DNA from: Gallionella sp.
Lineage (GTDB): Bacteria > Pseudomonadota > Gammaproteobacteria > Burkholderiales > Gallionellaceae
Length of the DNA: 37,525 nucleotides
Direction: 5' to 3'
Assembly (NCBI GenBank): GCA_039932695.1
Contig: JBDTPM010000024.1
Location: 1 to 37,525 of the forward strand
Positions 11,062 through 20,595 of the stretch are shown here, piece by piece. Positions within the stretch are counted from its first letter, which is position 1. The number at the start of each line of letters is the position of its first letter. A program made the translations under genes and the position numbers. The notes beneath the pieces were generated by a model. The model ran no database searches. It saw only the letters and a list, made by a program, of their open reading frames with translations, and was not told where the DNA came from.

Positions 11062-11970
11062 ATGACCGAAAAGCAAGTTGCATTAGTAACAGGCGGAACA
11101 GGTTTTGTGGGTTCGAACTTGATCCGCCGATTGATTTCGAGGGGATGGCGAGTTCATGCCATTGTTCGGCCAAACTCGGACCTGAAGACGTTAGCTACGT
11201 GCGTCGATGAAATTTCATTACACATACATGACGGTAGCACTGAAGATCTGTTGAAGATAATGTCTGCTGTAAAACCCGATGTAGTTTTTCATTTGGCATC
11301 ACTATTCCTTTCCAGTCACACGCTCAATGATGTTGCTCGGTTAATCCAGAGCAATGTGCTGTTCTCTGTGCAATTGGTTGAGGCGATGAATGAAAATGGC
11401 ATAAAGAATCTGGTTAATACCGGCACTTCCTGGCAGCACTATCAGAACAGGGAATACAGTCCAGTCAACCTTTACGCTGCCACCAAGCAGGCTTTCGAGG
11501 CGATATTGCAATACTACGTTGAAGCAAAAGCATTCAAGGTAATCACCTTGAAGCTATTCGATACCTACGGTCCGAATGATCCGCGCCCCAAACTTTTTCA
11601 TTTGCTGGAAAAAACCGCGAGCACTCAAGAATCACTGGCCATGTCTCCTGGCGATCAGTTAATTGACTTGGTCCATATAGACGACGTGATTGATGCCTAT
11701 TTGCTCGCAGCGCAGTATGTGCAAACCGATGCACATGCGGGTCACCGTAAGTTTGCGGTTACATCAGGAAATCCCATCAAGCTTAAACAGTTGGTTCAGA
11801 AGTACAGCGAGGTGACCGGGAAGGCAATACCTGTCGAATGGGGCATACGCCCTTATCGGCCTCGCGAAGTGATGGTCACGTGGGACAGAGGAGAAACCTT
11901 GCCGGGGTGGACTCCCAAAATCCCCCTTGAAGATGGAGTTGCAAGCATGGGACGGGCCGTCAACAAGTGA
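11062..11970 (+). CDS. NAD(P)-dependent CDP-4-keto-3,6-dideoxyhexose reductase (Abe/Prt/AscF-like SDR)
   Basis: GGTGFVG, FHLAS, NTGTSWQ, YAATK, LFDTYGP, YRPREVM; follows the ddh genes. Confidence 0.8.
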   Translation: MTEKQVALVTGGTGFVGSNLIRRLISRGWRVHAIVRPNSDLKTLATCVDEISLHIHDGSTEDLLKIMSAVKPDVVFHLASLFLSSHTLNDVARLIQSNVLFSVQLVEAMNENGIKNLVNTGTSWQHYQNREYSPVNLYAATKQAFEAILQYYVEAKAFKVITLKLFDTYGPNDPRPKLFHLLEKTASTQESLAMSPGDQLIDLVHIDDVIDAYLLAAQYVQTDAHAGHRKFAVTSGNPIKLKQLVQKYSEVTGKAIPVEWGIRPYRPREVMVTWDRGETLPGWTPKIPLEDGVASMGRAVNK

Positions 11971-11982
11971 ATTCACGAACAA

Positions 11983-13521
11983 ATGACGCAATCAGCTAGC
12001 AGGAAAATATTTCAGGGCGTATTAAGCGGGTTCGGCCTAACTATCGTATCGATATTCGTTGCCTTCGTGCAGCTACGTTTGGTAATCGATTTTCTTCCCA
12101 GAAGCATAGCGGGTATCTGGCTACTTTTCCTGAGCCTGGGAGCTTACATTGCCTTTTTCGATTTGGGTATTAGTCCTACGCTGAGCCGTGAGATCAGTTT
12201 TATCCTGGGCGGCAATAGTGAAGAGCCATCTAATCGAAGGCAGATCGCCGATCTGCTTGCAACCTGCCTTAGAATTTTCCAGGTAGTGGCCGCCGCCGTT
12301 TTTATTATTGGCCTGATTGCAGGGATGGCTTTTCTCTGGAGCATAGCACCGACGGACAGCATTAGAGAAATCAGCATAGCTTGGGTAGTATTCATGGTGG
12401 GAGCATCCATAAATATCATCGGAGGTGCTGCCTACGCTTCTCTGTATGGACTGGGGGATGTCGCAACTGAACGAATATCCCGCGCTCTAACTCAATTATT
12501 TGGATTGGGCTTAAGTTACTTGAGCCTATATTTGGGTTTTGGACTGGTTGGTTTGACTACTTCATGGGTAATCCAAAATTTACTTTCCAGGGTGGTCAGC
12601 GCATTTATCCTTTATCAGAGACACCCTTGGCTGAGACAGGAGAAAGGACAGGCACAGCGCACCATAGTCAAGAAAATTGTGGGACCAAGTCTAAAGTGGG
12701 CGGCAACAGGGTTAGGCGCAATACTGATCTTGCAAACGGACAACGTGATTATCGCAGCCACCCTCGGGCCTTCGGCCATACCCTCTTACGAGGCCGTGGC
12801 CAAAATCGCCATGACATTGATGACCCTGTCTTTGTATATCGTCACCAGCTCATCGCCATTTCTGTCAAAAGCCTACGCTTCGGGTGACAACAATATCGTC
12901 AACGAAATGTTGTTGCGCAATGTACGTCTCAGTATGTCAGCAATAGTATTCCTCGTATCCTTCATGGCGGCATTTGGCGAGCAGGTAATCAATCTGTGGC
13001 TTGGGCCGGGAAATTTTGTCGGGTTCCCTGTGCTGTGGACACTGCTGCTAATGGTTCTTCTGGAGACACATCACGTGGCACTGGCAACCGCAACCATGGC
13101 TACTGGCCGTATCGCATTCGTATGGGCGGCAATAGGTGCTGGTGTGCTTAATATACTGCTCTCATTAGTTCTGGTTCGCTATTGGGGACTTTGGGGAGTT
13201 GCACTTGGCACAATGATTGCGCAAATACTGACCAACAATTGGTATGCACCTTACGTAGCATTGAGGCACTTTAAAATCCCATTCCGCGATTACATGATAA
13301 ACGTGCTTAATCCCATCATGGTTGCACTGATAGCGTGCCTGGTATTCAATTTTTCTATTGGGTATTTTTTCCATGGTTACACGACTATGGTATTGCTTCC
13401 GGCAGTGCTAACGTTATCTGGCATTTTCTCAATAGCCTTGTTCTATCTTCTAGTCATGACTAATCCGGAGAAAGGTTTTATTGCCGCCAAGCTGGCGGCA
13501 TATACCAAACTACGAAAATGA
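11983..13521 (+). CDS. wzx: O-antigen/oligosaccharide flippase (MOP superfamily)
   Basis: 512 aa with many hydrophobic segments; FDLGISPTLSR and TDNVII..LG motifs; operon position. Confidence 0.85.
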   Translation: MTQSASRKIFQGVLSGFGLTIVSIFVAFVQLRLVIDFLPRSIAGIWLLFLSLGAYIAFFDLGISPTLSREISFILGGNSEEPSNRRQIADLLATCLRIFQVVAAAVFIIGLIAGMAFLWSIAPTDSIREISIAWVVFMVGASINIIGGAAYASLYGLGDVATERISRALTQLFGLGLSYLSLYLGFGLVGLTTSWVIQNLLSRVVSAFILYQRHPWLRQEKGQAQRTIVKKIVGPSLKWAATGLGAILILQTDNVIIAATLGPSAIPSYEAVAKIAMTLMTLSLYIVTSSSPFLSKAYASGDNNIVNEMLLRNVRLSMSAIVFLVSFMAAFGEQVINLWLGPGNFVGFPVLWTLLLMVLLETHHVALATATMATGRIAFVWAAIGAGVLNILLSLVLVRYWGLWGVALGTMIAQILTNNWYAPYVALRHFKIPFRDYMINVLNPIMVALIACLVFNFSIGYFFHGYTTMVLLPAVLTLSGIFSIALFYLLVMTNPEKGFIAAKLAAYTKLRK

Positions 13522-14363
13522 TGCCCAAGCCACTTATTTCAGTCTGCATTCCAGTCTATAACGGTGAGAAATATGTCGCTGAAACGATAAATTCAGTCCA
13601 GCGCCAGACATATCCAAACATCGAAATATTAATTCAGGATAATGCCTCGACCGACAATACCGGGCCTATCCTTCAATCACTGGCTATTCATGATTCGCGG
13701 CTGTTTATTGAGCGTAACGATCGGAATTGCGGCATGGCGGGCAATTGGAACCTTGCGATTAACCGGGCGCGGGGTGAATATGTCATGCTATTAAGCGCCG
13801 ATGACTTATTGATGCCAGAGTTCATTGAAAGAATCATGGCAACATTTCGAGAGCATGCTGTCGATGCGGTTTCAACAAATCACTTTAACTTAAAAAGTGG
13901 GAAACGAACCAAGCGAAAATTACAGGTCACCGCCAAGGTATACCAAAACTTTAGCCATTTAGTTCTCCTGTTCAATCCATTCTCAATTAACTTCACTTTG
14001 TTCAGCCGACAGCTTATTGATCGATTGCGTGTAGGCGGCAACCTCTTCGCCAAGTCCTATTACACATGTGACTATGATTTATGGATCAGACTCTCTCTCT
14101 CGAACGAGAGGATCGCATATCTTGATGAGAACCTAGGCATCTATCGAATGCATGATGAGAATTTATCGAAACAGGCGAAACGGATGAGTCGCCAGACAAC
14201 ACTGACTGTATTGAGCCATAAAAAAGCACTTAAAAAAGTTTGCCAACTAGTGTACAGGGCCACCTTGTTTCGCTTCATACTGCGAAGCCTGAGAGATGGA
14301 TTGCTTCATAATAATTGGGATTATCAGTTGCTGTGCGCACTCAAAGCGGAGTTACTACGTTAA
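13518..14363 (+). CDS. Glycosyltransferase family 2
   Basis: ISVCIPVYNGE, DNASTD, LSADD (DxD-like), DYDLW; ATGA-coupled to wzx. Confidence 0.9.
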   Translation: MMPKPLISVCIPVYNGEKYVAETINSVQRQTYPNIEILIQDNASTDNTGPILQSLAIHDSRLFIERNDRNCGMAGNWNLAINRARGEYVMLLSADDLLMPEFIERIMATFREHAVDAVSTNHFNLKSGKRTKRKLQVTAKVYQNFSHLVLLFNPFSINFTLFSRQLIDRLRVGGNLFAKSYYTCDYDLWIRLSLSNERIAYLDENLGIYRMHDENLSKQAKRMSRQTTLTVLSHKKALKKVCQLVYRATLFRFILRSLRDGLLHNNWDYQLLCALKAELLR

Positions 14364-14403
14364 TGTGGTTTTAGCTGATGCTGCTGAAATTTGTTATATC
14401 CGA

Positions 14404-15561
14404 ATGAAAACAATGTTAATAAAACACCTCGCTTTCCTCGCAATCGCTACCATAGGGTTAGAGCGATTGAATGTGTTGCCTTGGAGTGGCAGTTTCGTGC
14501 AACTGTACTATCTTTTAGCCGCACCATTTCTTGGATTGTTATGTTGGCGGCACTGCAAGGAATTTAGCAAGTTTTACATGCTACTTCTCTTCGTGATGGC
14601 GGGATCGTTGATCAGCAATGGCCTTTACGATGCATATTATTGGAAGAAATTCATCTTGGTAGGATTTGTCATACTCGCAACATTTGGGCTGGCGGTATAT
14701 TTTTTCTCAAGCAGGGAACCAAAGATTCTGGCTAATTCTTTAAAACTATATGTTTTGTTAAACATAGTGGTAACGTTTTTCCAGATGTACAATTTTTTTC
14801 AGGGAGGGCATATTTCTGGAAGGCTTGACGCAAGTCGCTTTCTGAATTTAGACGCCGTAGTTATAGGTGATTATTTTAGGCTTTCTGGATACTCATTAGA
14901 TACAAACAAGGGAGTATTCAATTTTGGATATGCGCTCATCTTCCTAACTTTAGTTGCAGATAGAGGTTGGTTTTGGTTGAGGGTTTTATACCCTTTAACA
15001 TTTTTTGCGCACTCTCGCTCCACGCTTATTTCTATATTGCCCGCATTATTTATGAAATCCAAGTGGTATGCAGCCGTAACTGTAGGTTTGTATCTTTTGG
15101 TACTTCTGTTTCTAACACCGGCAGGAGTATTTGACGACAGATTTGGGATGAAGTTGATTCCTAGCAGTTCAAATCAAACAAGATTGGGGCTAATTAGGCT
15201 GTGGGGAGACGCAATGGTGCAATCTTCGTGGGAGCAAGTTGTATTTGGGCATGGATTTGCTGGTTCCGGACAATATTTAAACCAATTGTTGGGAACGACA
15301 TACGGTGACTTTGCAAACGGTTACCTTACGTTATGCTACGAACTGGGGCTGGCGGGTATAGTGTTGATGGGGATTTTGTTTTTTCGGTTGTGGAGAAACT
15401 TCGATCAACCCGCAAGATCTATGCTGCTACTACCACTGCTCTTGTTTCAATTGTTCTATTCTAACCTTGCCGAACCAATCATAATTTTTGCACTGAGTTA
15501 CTTCTACTTGCAGCATAGGGGGAGTCAACCATTTTTGCCTACAAATAATAAGGAGGCATAG
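14404..15561 (+). CDS. wzy: Putative O-antigen polymerase
   Basis: Very hydrophobic, AT-rich ORF with SRST, FGHG and NGYL..ELGL motifs; lies between glycosyltransferase genes. Start uncertain (14404 or 14413). Confidence 0.7.
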   Translation: MKTMLIKHLAFLAIATIGLERLNVLPWSGSFVQLYYLLAAPFLGLLCWRHCKEFSKFYMLLLFVMAGSLISNGLYDAYYWKKFILVGFVILATFGLAVYFFSSREPKILANSLKLYVLLNIVVTFFQMYNFFQGGHISGRLDASRFLNLDAVVIGDYFRLSGYSLDTNKGVFNFGYALIFLTLVADRGWFWLRVLYPLTFFAHSRSTLISILPALFMKSKWYAAVTVGLYLLVLLFLTPAGVFDDRFGMKLIPSSSNQTRLGLIRLWGDAMVQSSWEQVVFGHGFAGSGQYLNQLLGTTYGDFANGYLTLCYELGLAGIVLMGILFFRLWRNFDQPARSMLLLPLLLFQLFYSNLAEPIIIFALSYFYLQHRGSQPFLPTNNKEA

Positions 15562-15562
15562 G

Positions 15563-16579
15563 TTGCGCATAGCTATGATAACCGGGTCATATCCTCCGGA
15601 GCCTTGTGGCGTGGGCGGTTACACCTATAGGCTGGTAGAAGCATTACGAGAAAAAGATTGTGAGGTGGATGTTTTCACGGGCAACAACTTTAAGTTGCTG
15701 AATGCCACCAATCTTGCCGAGCAAGTATTAGCGAGTAAGCCAGACATCGTGCATATTCAATACCCAACAGCAGGTTACGGCCCCAGCCTTGGCCCGCAAA
15801 TGCTAAGCGTTTTAATACGCCGATGTGTAATTACATTACATGAAGTAAGTCAGGTAAATTTACTAAGGCGCCTCTCGCTGTATCCATTTTCGTTTCGTAC
15901 AAGGCACATAATTTTTACCAATGCATTTGAAAAAGACTATGCAACTAAGTACGCCCCCTGGATTGCTCGGCGTTCAAGCGTAATTCCTATCGGTAGTGCC
16001 ATTCAACCCTGCGATTCAAATCAAGAAAAAGACCTGAGTGAGATCGTTTACTTTGGTTTAATTCGCCCCAAAAAAGGAATTGAAGAAGTGCTAACCTTGG
16101 CGCGGCTGATTAAATTAAATTCGCTGAGCATGAGTATCCGAATAATTGGAATGATAGAGCCGAGGTTTCAGCCATATCTGCTACGCTTGCAAAATGTTTC
16201 AAGTGATCTACCAGTAACATGGAACTTGGGGCTTCCGGAAGATGTGGTAAGCGTTCTGCTCTCAAGATCTAAAGTTGCCTACATGCCCTTCCCGGACGGC
16301 GCCTCGGAACGGCGTTCCTCCTTGCTGGCCTTACTGGCAAACGATGTTGCGACAGTCACAACGTCTGGCCCCTTTACGCCTTATGAAATGAATGGGGTTG
16401 TTAAATATGCCGCCACCCCTGCCGAGGCGCTACCTCTAATCAAGGAGTTTCTGTCGAACGTGGAAAAAAGATCGGAAGTTGCTAGTGAAATGCGAAAATA
16501 TATGCAGCGTCGCCAATGGGGCGAAATAGCAGCCGCGCATGCAGTACTATATCAATCTGCTCTTAAATTGAAGAGCTGA
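15563..16579 (+). CDS. Glycosyltransferase family 4 (probable mannosyltransferase)
   Basis: YPPEPCGVGGYT, VHIQYP, TLHE, YFGLIRPKKGIE; AGGAGG RBS before the TTG start. Confidence 0.85.
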   Translation: MRIAMITGSYPPEPCGVGGYTYRLVEALREKDCEVDVFTGNNFKLLNATNLAEQVLASKPDIVHIQYPTAGYGPSLGPQMLSVLIRRCVITLHEVSQVNLLRRLSLYPFSFRTRHIIFTNAFEKDYATKYAPWIARRSSVIPIGSAIQPCDSNQEKDLSEIVYFGLIRPKKGIEEVLTLARLIKLNSLSMSIRIIGMIEPRFQPYLLRLQNVSSDLPVTWNLGLPEDVVSVLLSRSKVAYMPFPDGASERRSSLLALLANDVATVTTSGPFTPYEMNGVVKYAATPAEALPLIKEFLSNVEKRSEVASEMRKYMQRRQWGEIAAAHAVLYQSALKLKS

Positions 16580-16625
16580 CTCGGCCAACAAATAAACAAT
16601 ATGTTGAACTGGCAGAAAGCTTGGT

Positions 16626-17798
16626 ATGGAAATTAAACAAACGCGTATCGCCATTGTTCATGATTGGCTTTCCGTTTACGCGGGAGCGGAGCGCGTCCTT
16701 GAGCAGATGTTAGCTTGTTATCCACAAGCTGACTTGTTTAGTGTTGTGGATTTTATTCCTGATGGACAGCGAGGATTTATTCAAAACAAGTCTGTCAAAA
16801 CGTCCTTTATTCAAGGACTGCCTTTCGCACGGACAAAATATCGTCAATACTTGCCGTTGATGCCTTTAGCCGTCGAGCAATTTGACTTATCTGATTACGA
16901 TTTGGTGATTTCCAGTAGCCATGCGGTGGCAAAAGGGGTGCTTACCGGGCCGGATCAGTTACATTTGTGTATGTGCTACTCTCCTATCCGTTACGCTTGG
17001 GATTTACAGCATCAATATTTGCGAGAATCCGGGCTTAATCGAGGAATAAAAGGTTGGTTGGCGAAATGGATGCTGCATAGGATACGAATTTGGGATACCC
17101 GAACTGCAAACGGTGTAGATGGTTTTATAGCTATTTCCCATTTTATTGAGCGGCGAATCAGGAAAGTTTATCGACGAGATGCGATAGTTATTTACCCACC
17201 TGTGGATGTAGCCACATTTAGCCTGCAAGATAGGAAAGAAGATTTCTATCTAACTGCCTCGCGCATGGTACCCTACAAAAAAATAGACCTGATTGTAAAA
17301 ACCTTTTCTGCCATGCCTAGCAAGCAGCTGGTAGTGATTGGTGATGGACCTGATTTTGACAAGATAAAATCCAAGGCTGGAGCAAATGTGTTCTTGCTGG
17401 GCTACCAAAGTCGCGATGTGTTGCGAGATCATATGCAGCGAGCCAAGGCTTTTGTTTTTGCTGCTGAAGAGGATTTTGGCATTGCTCCATTGGAGGCGCA
17501 GGCATGTGGCACACCCGTTATTGCTTACGGCAAGGGCGGTGCTCTTGAAACGATTCGTGGACTCGATAAAAAGCAGCCCACTGGCGTTTTCTTCTCAGAG
17601 CAAACTGTAGATTCCATTTGTGCGGCTATCAACGAATTTGAGTTAGTGCAAACACGTATTTCACCAAATGAGTGCAGGGACAACGCCATGCGCTTTGCAC
17701 CAGAACGTTTTCGGGCTGAATTTATCGCGTTCGTTGAGCAATCGCAAAAAGAATTCAAAGAACGCTCGTCAGCACCCGCTTTTGGGTGGGCACAATGA
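16626..17798 (+). CDS. GT4 WbaZ-like mannosyltransferase
   Basis: AIVHDWL..AGAERVL, SSSHAVAKG, SPIRYAWD, SRMVPYKKID, EEDFGIAPLEAQACGTPVIA. Confidence 0.9.
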   Translation: MEIKQTRIAIVHDWLSVYAGAERVLEQMLACYPQADLFSVVDFIPDGQRGFIQNKSVKTSFIQGLPFARTKYRQYLPLMPLAVEQFDLSDYDLVISSSHAVAKGVLTGPDQLHLCMCYSPIRYAWDLQHQYLRESGLNRGIKGWLAKWMLHRIRIWDTRTANGVDGFIAISHFIERRIRKVYRRDAIVIYPPVDVATFSLQDRKEDFYLTASRMVPYKKIDLIVKTFSAMPSKQLVVIGDGPDFDKIKSKAGANVFLLGYQSRDVLRDHMQRAKAFVFAAEEDFGIAPLEAQACGTPVIAYGKGGALETIRGLDKKQPTGVFFSEQTVDSICAAINEFELVQTRISPNECRDNAMRFAPERFRAEFIAFVEQSQKEFKERSSAPAFGWAQ

Positions 17799-18748
17799 AA
17801 CGAGCTTTAATTTGCGGCGTTGGCGGGCAGGATGGAGCATACTTGGCAAAGTTGCTGCTGGAAAAAGGCTATGAGGTGACCGGCACTTCGCGGGATGCAA
17901 TGGCAACTTCATTTAGCAACTTGATGCGCTTGGGCATCCGGAATCGGGTGCAGACGGTCTCCATGGCCATTAATGATTTCCGCAGTGTCCTAGCTACCAT
18001 AAAAAATACTGAACCCGATGAGATATATAATCTGGCGGGGCAAAGCTCGGTCGGCTTGTCGTTCGATCAGCCGGTCGAAACCATGGAGAGCATCGCCATA
18101 GGTACATTGAATCTTCTTGAGGCGATTCGCTTTGTTGGGAGTCCAATTCGCCTTTACAGTGCAGGGTCGAGCGAGTGCTTTGGTGATACCGGCAATGTAC
18201 CAGCGACGGAAGAAACCCCTTTTCATCCACGCAGTCCATACGCGGTTGCCAAGGTTTCAGCACATGGCCTGGTGGCTAATTATCGGGAGGCTTACGGATT
18301 GTTTGCGTGCACGGGGATTCTATTTAACCACGAATCGCCTTTGCGCCCAGAGCGGTTTGTTACGCAAAAAATTGTTCGCTCAGCGGCGCGTATTGCCAAG
18401 GGCAGTGGCGAAAAACTTCATCTCGGTAATCTGGATATTCATCGAGATTGGGGTTGGGCACCGGAATATGTTGATGCGATGTGGTTGATGTTGCAACAAG
18501 ACCGGGCAGGGGACTTTGTCATTGCTACGGGGAAGACCGTTTCGCTAAGGTATTTTGTAGAAAAAGCTTTTGCGCATTTTGGCCTGAATTGGCAGCAACA
18601 CATAGAATCTGATGCGACCCTGTTGCGGCCATCTGATATTCAATATGGGCGAGGCAACCCGGCCAAGGCTAACCAGTTTCTCGGTTGGTGCAGTACGGTT
18701 GATATCGATGGCGTGGTCAATGAAATGTGCGCAGCCGCCATAATTTAA
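17795..18748 (+). CDS. Second, divergent GDP-mannose 4,6-dehydratase-family SDR
   Basis: GVGGQDGAYL, YNLAGQSSV, GSSECFG, SPYAVAK, FNHESPLR, RDWGWA; ATGA-coupled to the previous gene. Confidence 0.88.
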   Translation: MKRALICGVGGQDGAYLAKLLLEKGYEVTGTSRDAMATSFSNLMRLGIRNRVQTVSMAINDFRSVLATIKNTEPDEIYNLAGQSSVGLSFDQPVETMESIAIGTLNLLEAIRFVGSPIRLYSAGSSECFGDTGNVPATEETPFHPRSPYAVAKVSAHGLVANYREAYGLFACTGILFNHESPLRPERFVTQKIVRSAARIAKGSGEKLHLGNLDIHRDWGWAPEYVDAMWLMLQQDRAGDFVIATGKTVSLRYFVEKAFAHFGLNWQQHIESDATLLRPSDIQYGRGNPAKANQFLGWCSTVDIDGVVNEMCAAAII

Positions 18749-18943
18749 AAAGCAATGAAAAGCACATGACTAGGAGTTTGGTGCTGACTACATTTGAGAA
18801 TTTAACTGTACTCGTCGGAAGGAAATAAGTGCGATTCCATGCTTTAGTCATAGAATCAATTGCAGGTCTTGCGTAATAAATAAATGGAGCGATGCTGTTC
18901 ATTTTTATATCGCTGTTAGACTCGAATTTGAAAGTTGAACTCT

Positions 18944-20341
18944 ATGCCGGAAGGATTTCTGCGCCCCTATCATTCAGGAATTTCCATATTCCAACGCTTG
19001 ATCGATGCTGGGTTGATCTGTGTCGTGCTGTGGCTTTCACACAGGCTGTATGGTGTGGGTATTGCCGACCACAACATTGTGTCAGTCGTTCTCGCCGTCG
19101 CCAGTTTCTATTTCATTGCAGATGCAAAGGGATTGTATGCCTCATGGCGAACGGGCGGCCTGGTTGTTGAGATCACCAACCTCGCCATAGCGTGGGGCAT
19201 GGTTGTCGTTGTGCTGGTGATGCTGGCCTTTATGAGCAAGACATCGGCATATTTCTCGCGCCGGGTCGTGATGACCTGGTTTGTCATGGCACCCATTGGC
19301 ATGGCCATGGCGCGGGTAGTTGTCAGAATCATACTTCGCGAGATGCGTCGCGCGGGGAGGAATACCAGGTCACTGGCTATCGTCGGAGCAAATGCGCAGG
19401 CAGTACGCTTGATCGAGAAATCACGGAGCGCACCATGGATGGGTATGTTGCCTTTGGGACTCTACGATGACGTGACAAGAGAGTCTGTTGCAGATGAAGT
19501 TCGACCCTACCTGAAAGGGTCGGTGGCAGACTTGATTCAAATGGCGCAGACTGGGCGGGTCGACTACGTATATATTGCATTGTCGATGCAGCAGGAAAGC
19601 CGAATTATGGAATTGGTCGATGCGCTCGCAGATACCACGGTTTCGGTGTATGTCGTACCCGATATGTTCATCTCTGATTTGCTGCACGCAAGATGGACAA
19701 ACTTTCATGGGGTGCCGGCGATCAGAGTGTATGAAACGCCCTTTATGGGTGTGAATGGTCTGATCAAGCGGCTGGAAGATCTGCTTTTGGGCGTGCTGTT
19801 CATGGTGATCGCAATTGTGCCGATGTTGGCTGTCGGTGTGGCCATCAAGTTGACCTCACCGGGACCGGCGATTTTCAGGCAGCGGCGTTATGGATTGAAT
19901 GGCGAGATCATCGATATATGGAAGTTTCGCACCATGTCGGTTTGCGAAGACAATGAAAGCATCCCTCAGGCGAAGAGGAATGATCCGCGCATCACTCCGC
20001 TAGGGAAATTTTTGAGAAGAACTTCACTGGACGAATTTCCTCAACTGGTAAATGTGTTGCAGGGGCGGATGTCTTTGGTTGGTCCGCGCCCCCATGCGGT
20101 CGCGCACAACGAGCAATACCGGAAGCTGATCCATGGCTACATGCTCAGACATAAAGTGAAACCGGGAATAACAGGATGGGCGCAGGTCAACGGATGGAGA
20201 GGCGAGACAGATACGCTGGACAAGATGGAGAAAAGGATAGTGTACGATCTGGAATACATCCGGAATTGGTCGCTGTGGCTGGATATCAGGATAATTTGGC
20301 TGACATTAGTACGGGGATTCCTGGGTAAAAATGCTTACTGA
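18944..20341 (+). CDS. wcaJ: Undecaprenyl-phosphate hexose-1-phosphate transferase (WcaJ/WbaP family)
   Basis: N-terminal TM segments; KFRTM, DPRIT, LRRTSLDEFPQL, MSLVGPRPHA, KPGITGWAQVNG. Start at 18935 or 18944. Confidence 0.9.
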   Translation: MPEGFLRPYHSGISIFQRLIDAGLICVVLWLSHRLYGVGIADHNIVSVVLAVASFYFIADAKGLYASWRTGGLVVEITNLAIAWGMVVVVLVMLAFMSKTSAYFSRRVVMTWFVMAPIGMAMARVVVRIILREMRRAGRNTRSLAIVGANAQAVRLIEKSRSAPWMGMLPLGLYDDVTRESVADEVRPYLKGSVADLIQMAQTGRVDYVYIALSMQQESRIMELVDALADTTVSVYVVPDMFISDLLHARWTNFHGVPAIRVYETPFMGVNGLIKRLEDLLLGVLFMVIAIVPMLAVGVAIKLTSPGPAIFRQRRYGLNGEIIDIWKFRTMSVCEDNESIPQAKRNDPRITPLGKFLRRTSLDEFPQLVNVLQGRMSLVGPRPHAVAHNEQYRKLIHGYMLRHKVKPGITGWAQVNGWRGETDTLDKMEKRIVYDLEYIRNWSLWLDIRIIWLTLVRGFLGKNAY

Positions 20342-20388
20342 GTTTCATGTCGCACATCAAATTGAATTCGTGCCGATAGCTTGCTGTG

Positions 20389-20581
20389 ATTATTGATCTT
20401 TACAAAATTCGCGACACACATGCCGTCATTCCCGCTCAGGCGGGAATCCAGCAAGACAAAAATGCCTTTTGTTTAAACCCACTGGATTCACGCCTGCGCG
20501 GGAATGACGGGGCAGTTTTTCATTTCTCCAATTCCATTATGAATGATGACGCGCTGTCCCTATACTGTAAATCTCAATAAT
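20389..20581 (+). mobile_element. MITE-like element, copy 1 (terminal inverted repeats plus dRS3-type double-hairpin core)
   Basis: Ends ATTATTGATCTTTACA / TGTAAATCTCAATAAT (14/16 inverted match); internal 29-bp inverted repeat 20423-20451 / 20482-20510 built from ATTCCC-N8-GGGAAT-type units. Confidence 0.75.
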
Positions 20582-20595
20582 TCAAGATCATTTCC

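Noticed and set aside
20386-20580. Small ORFs containing VIPAQAGIQ / LDSRLRGND (also 35031-35219)
   Set aside because: These are translations of the repeat element, not independent genes.
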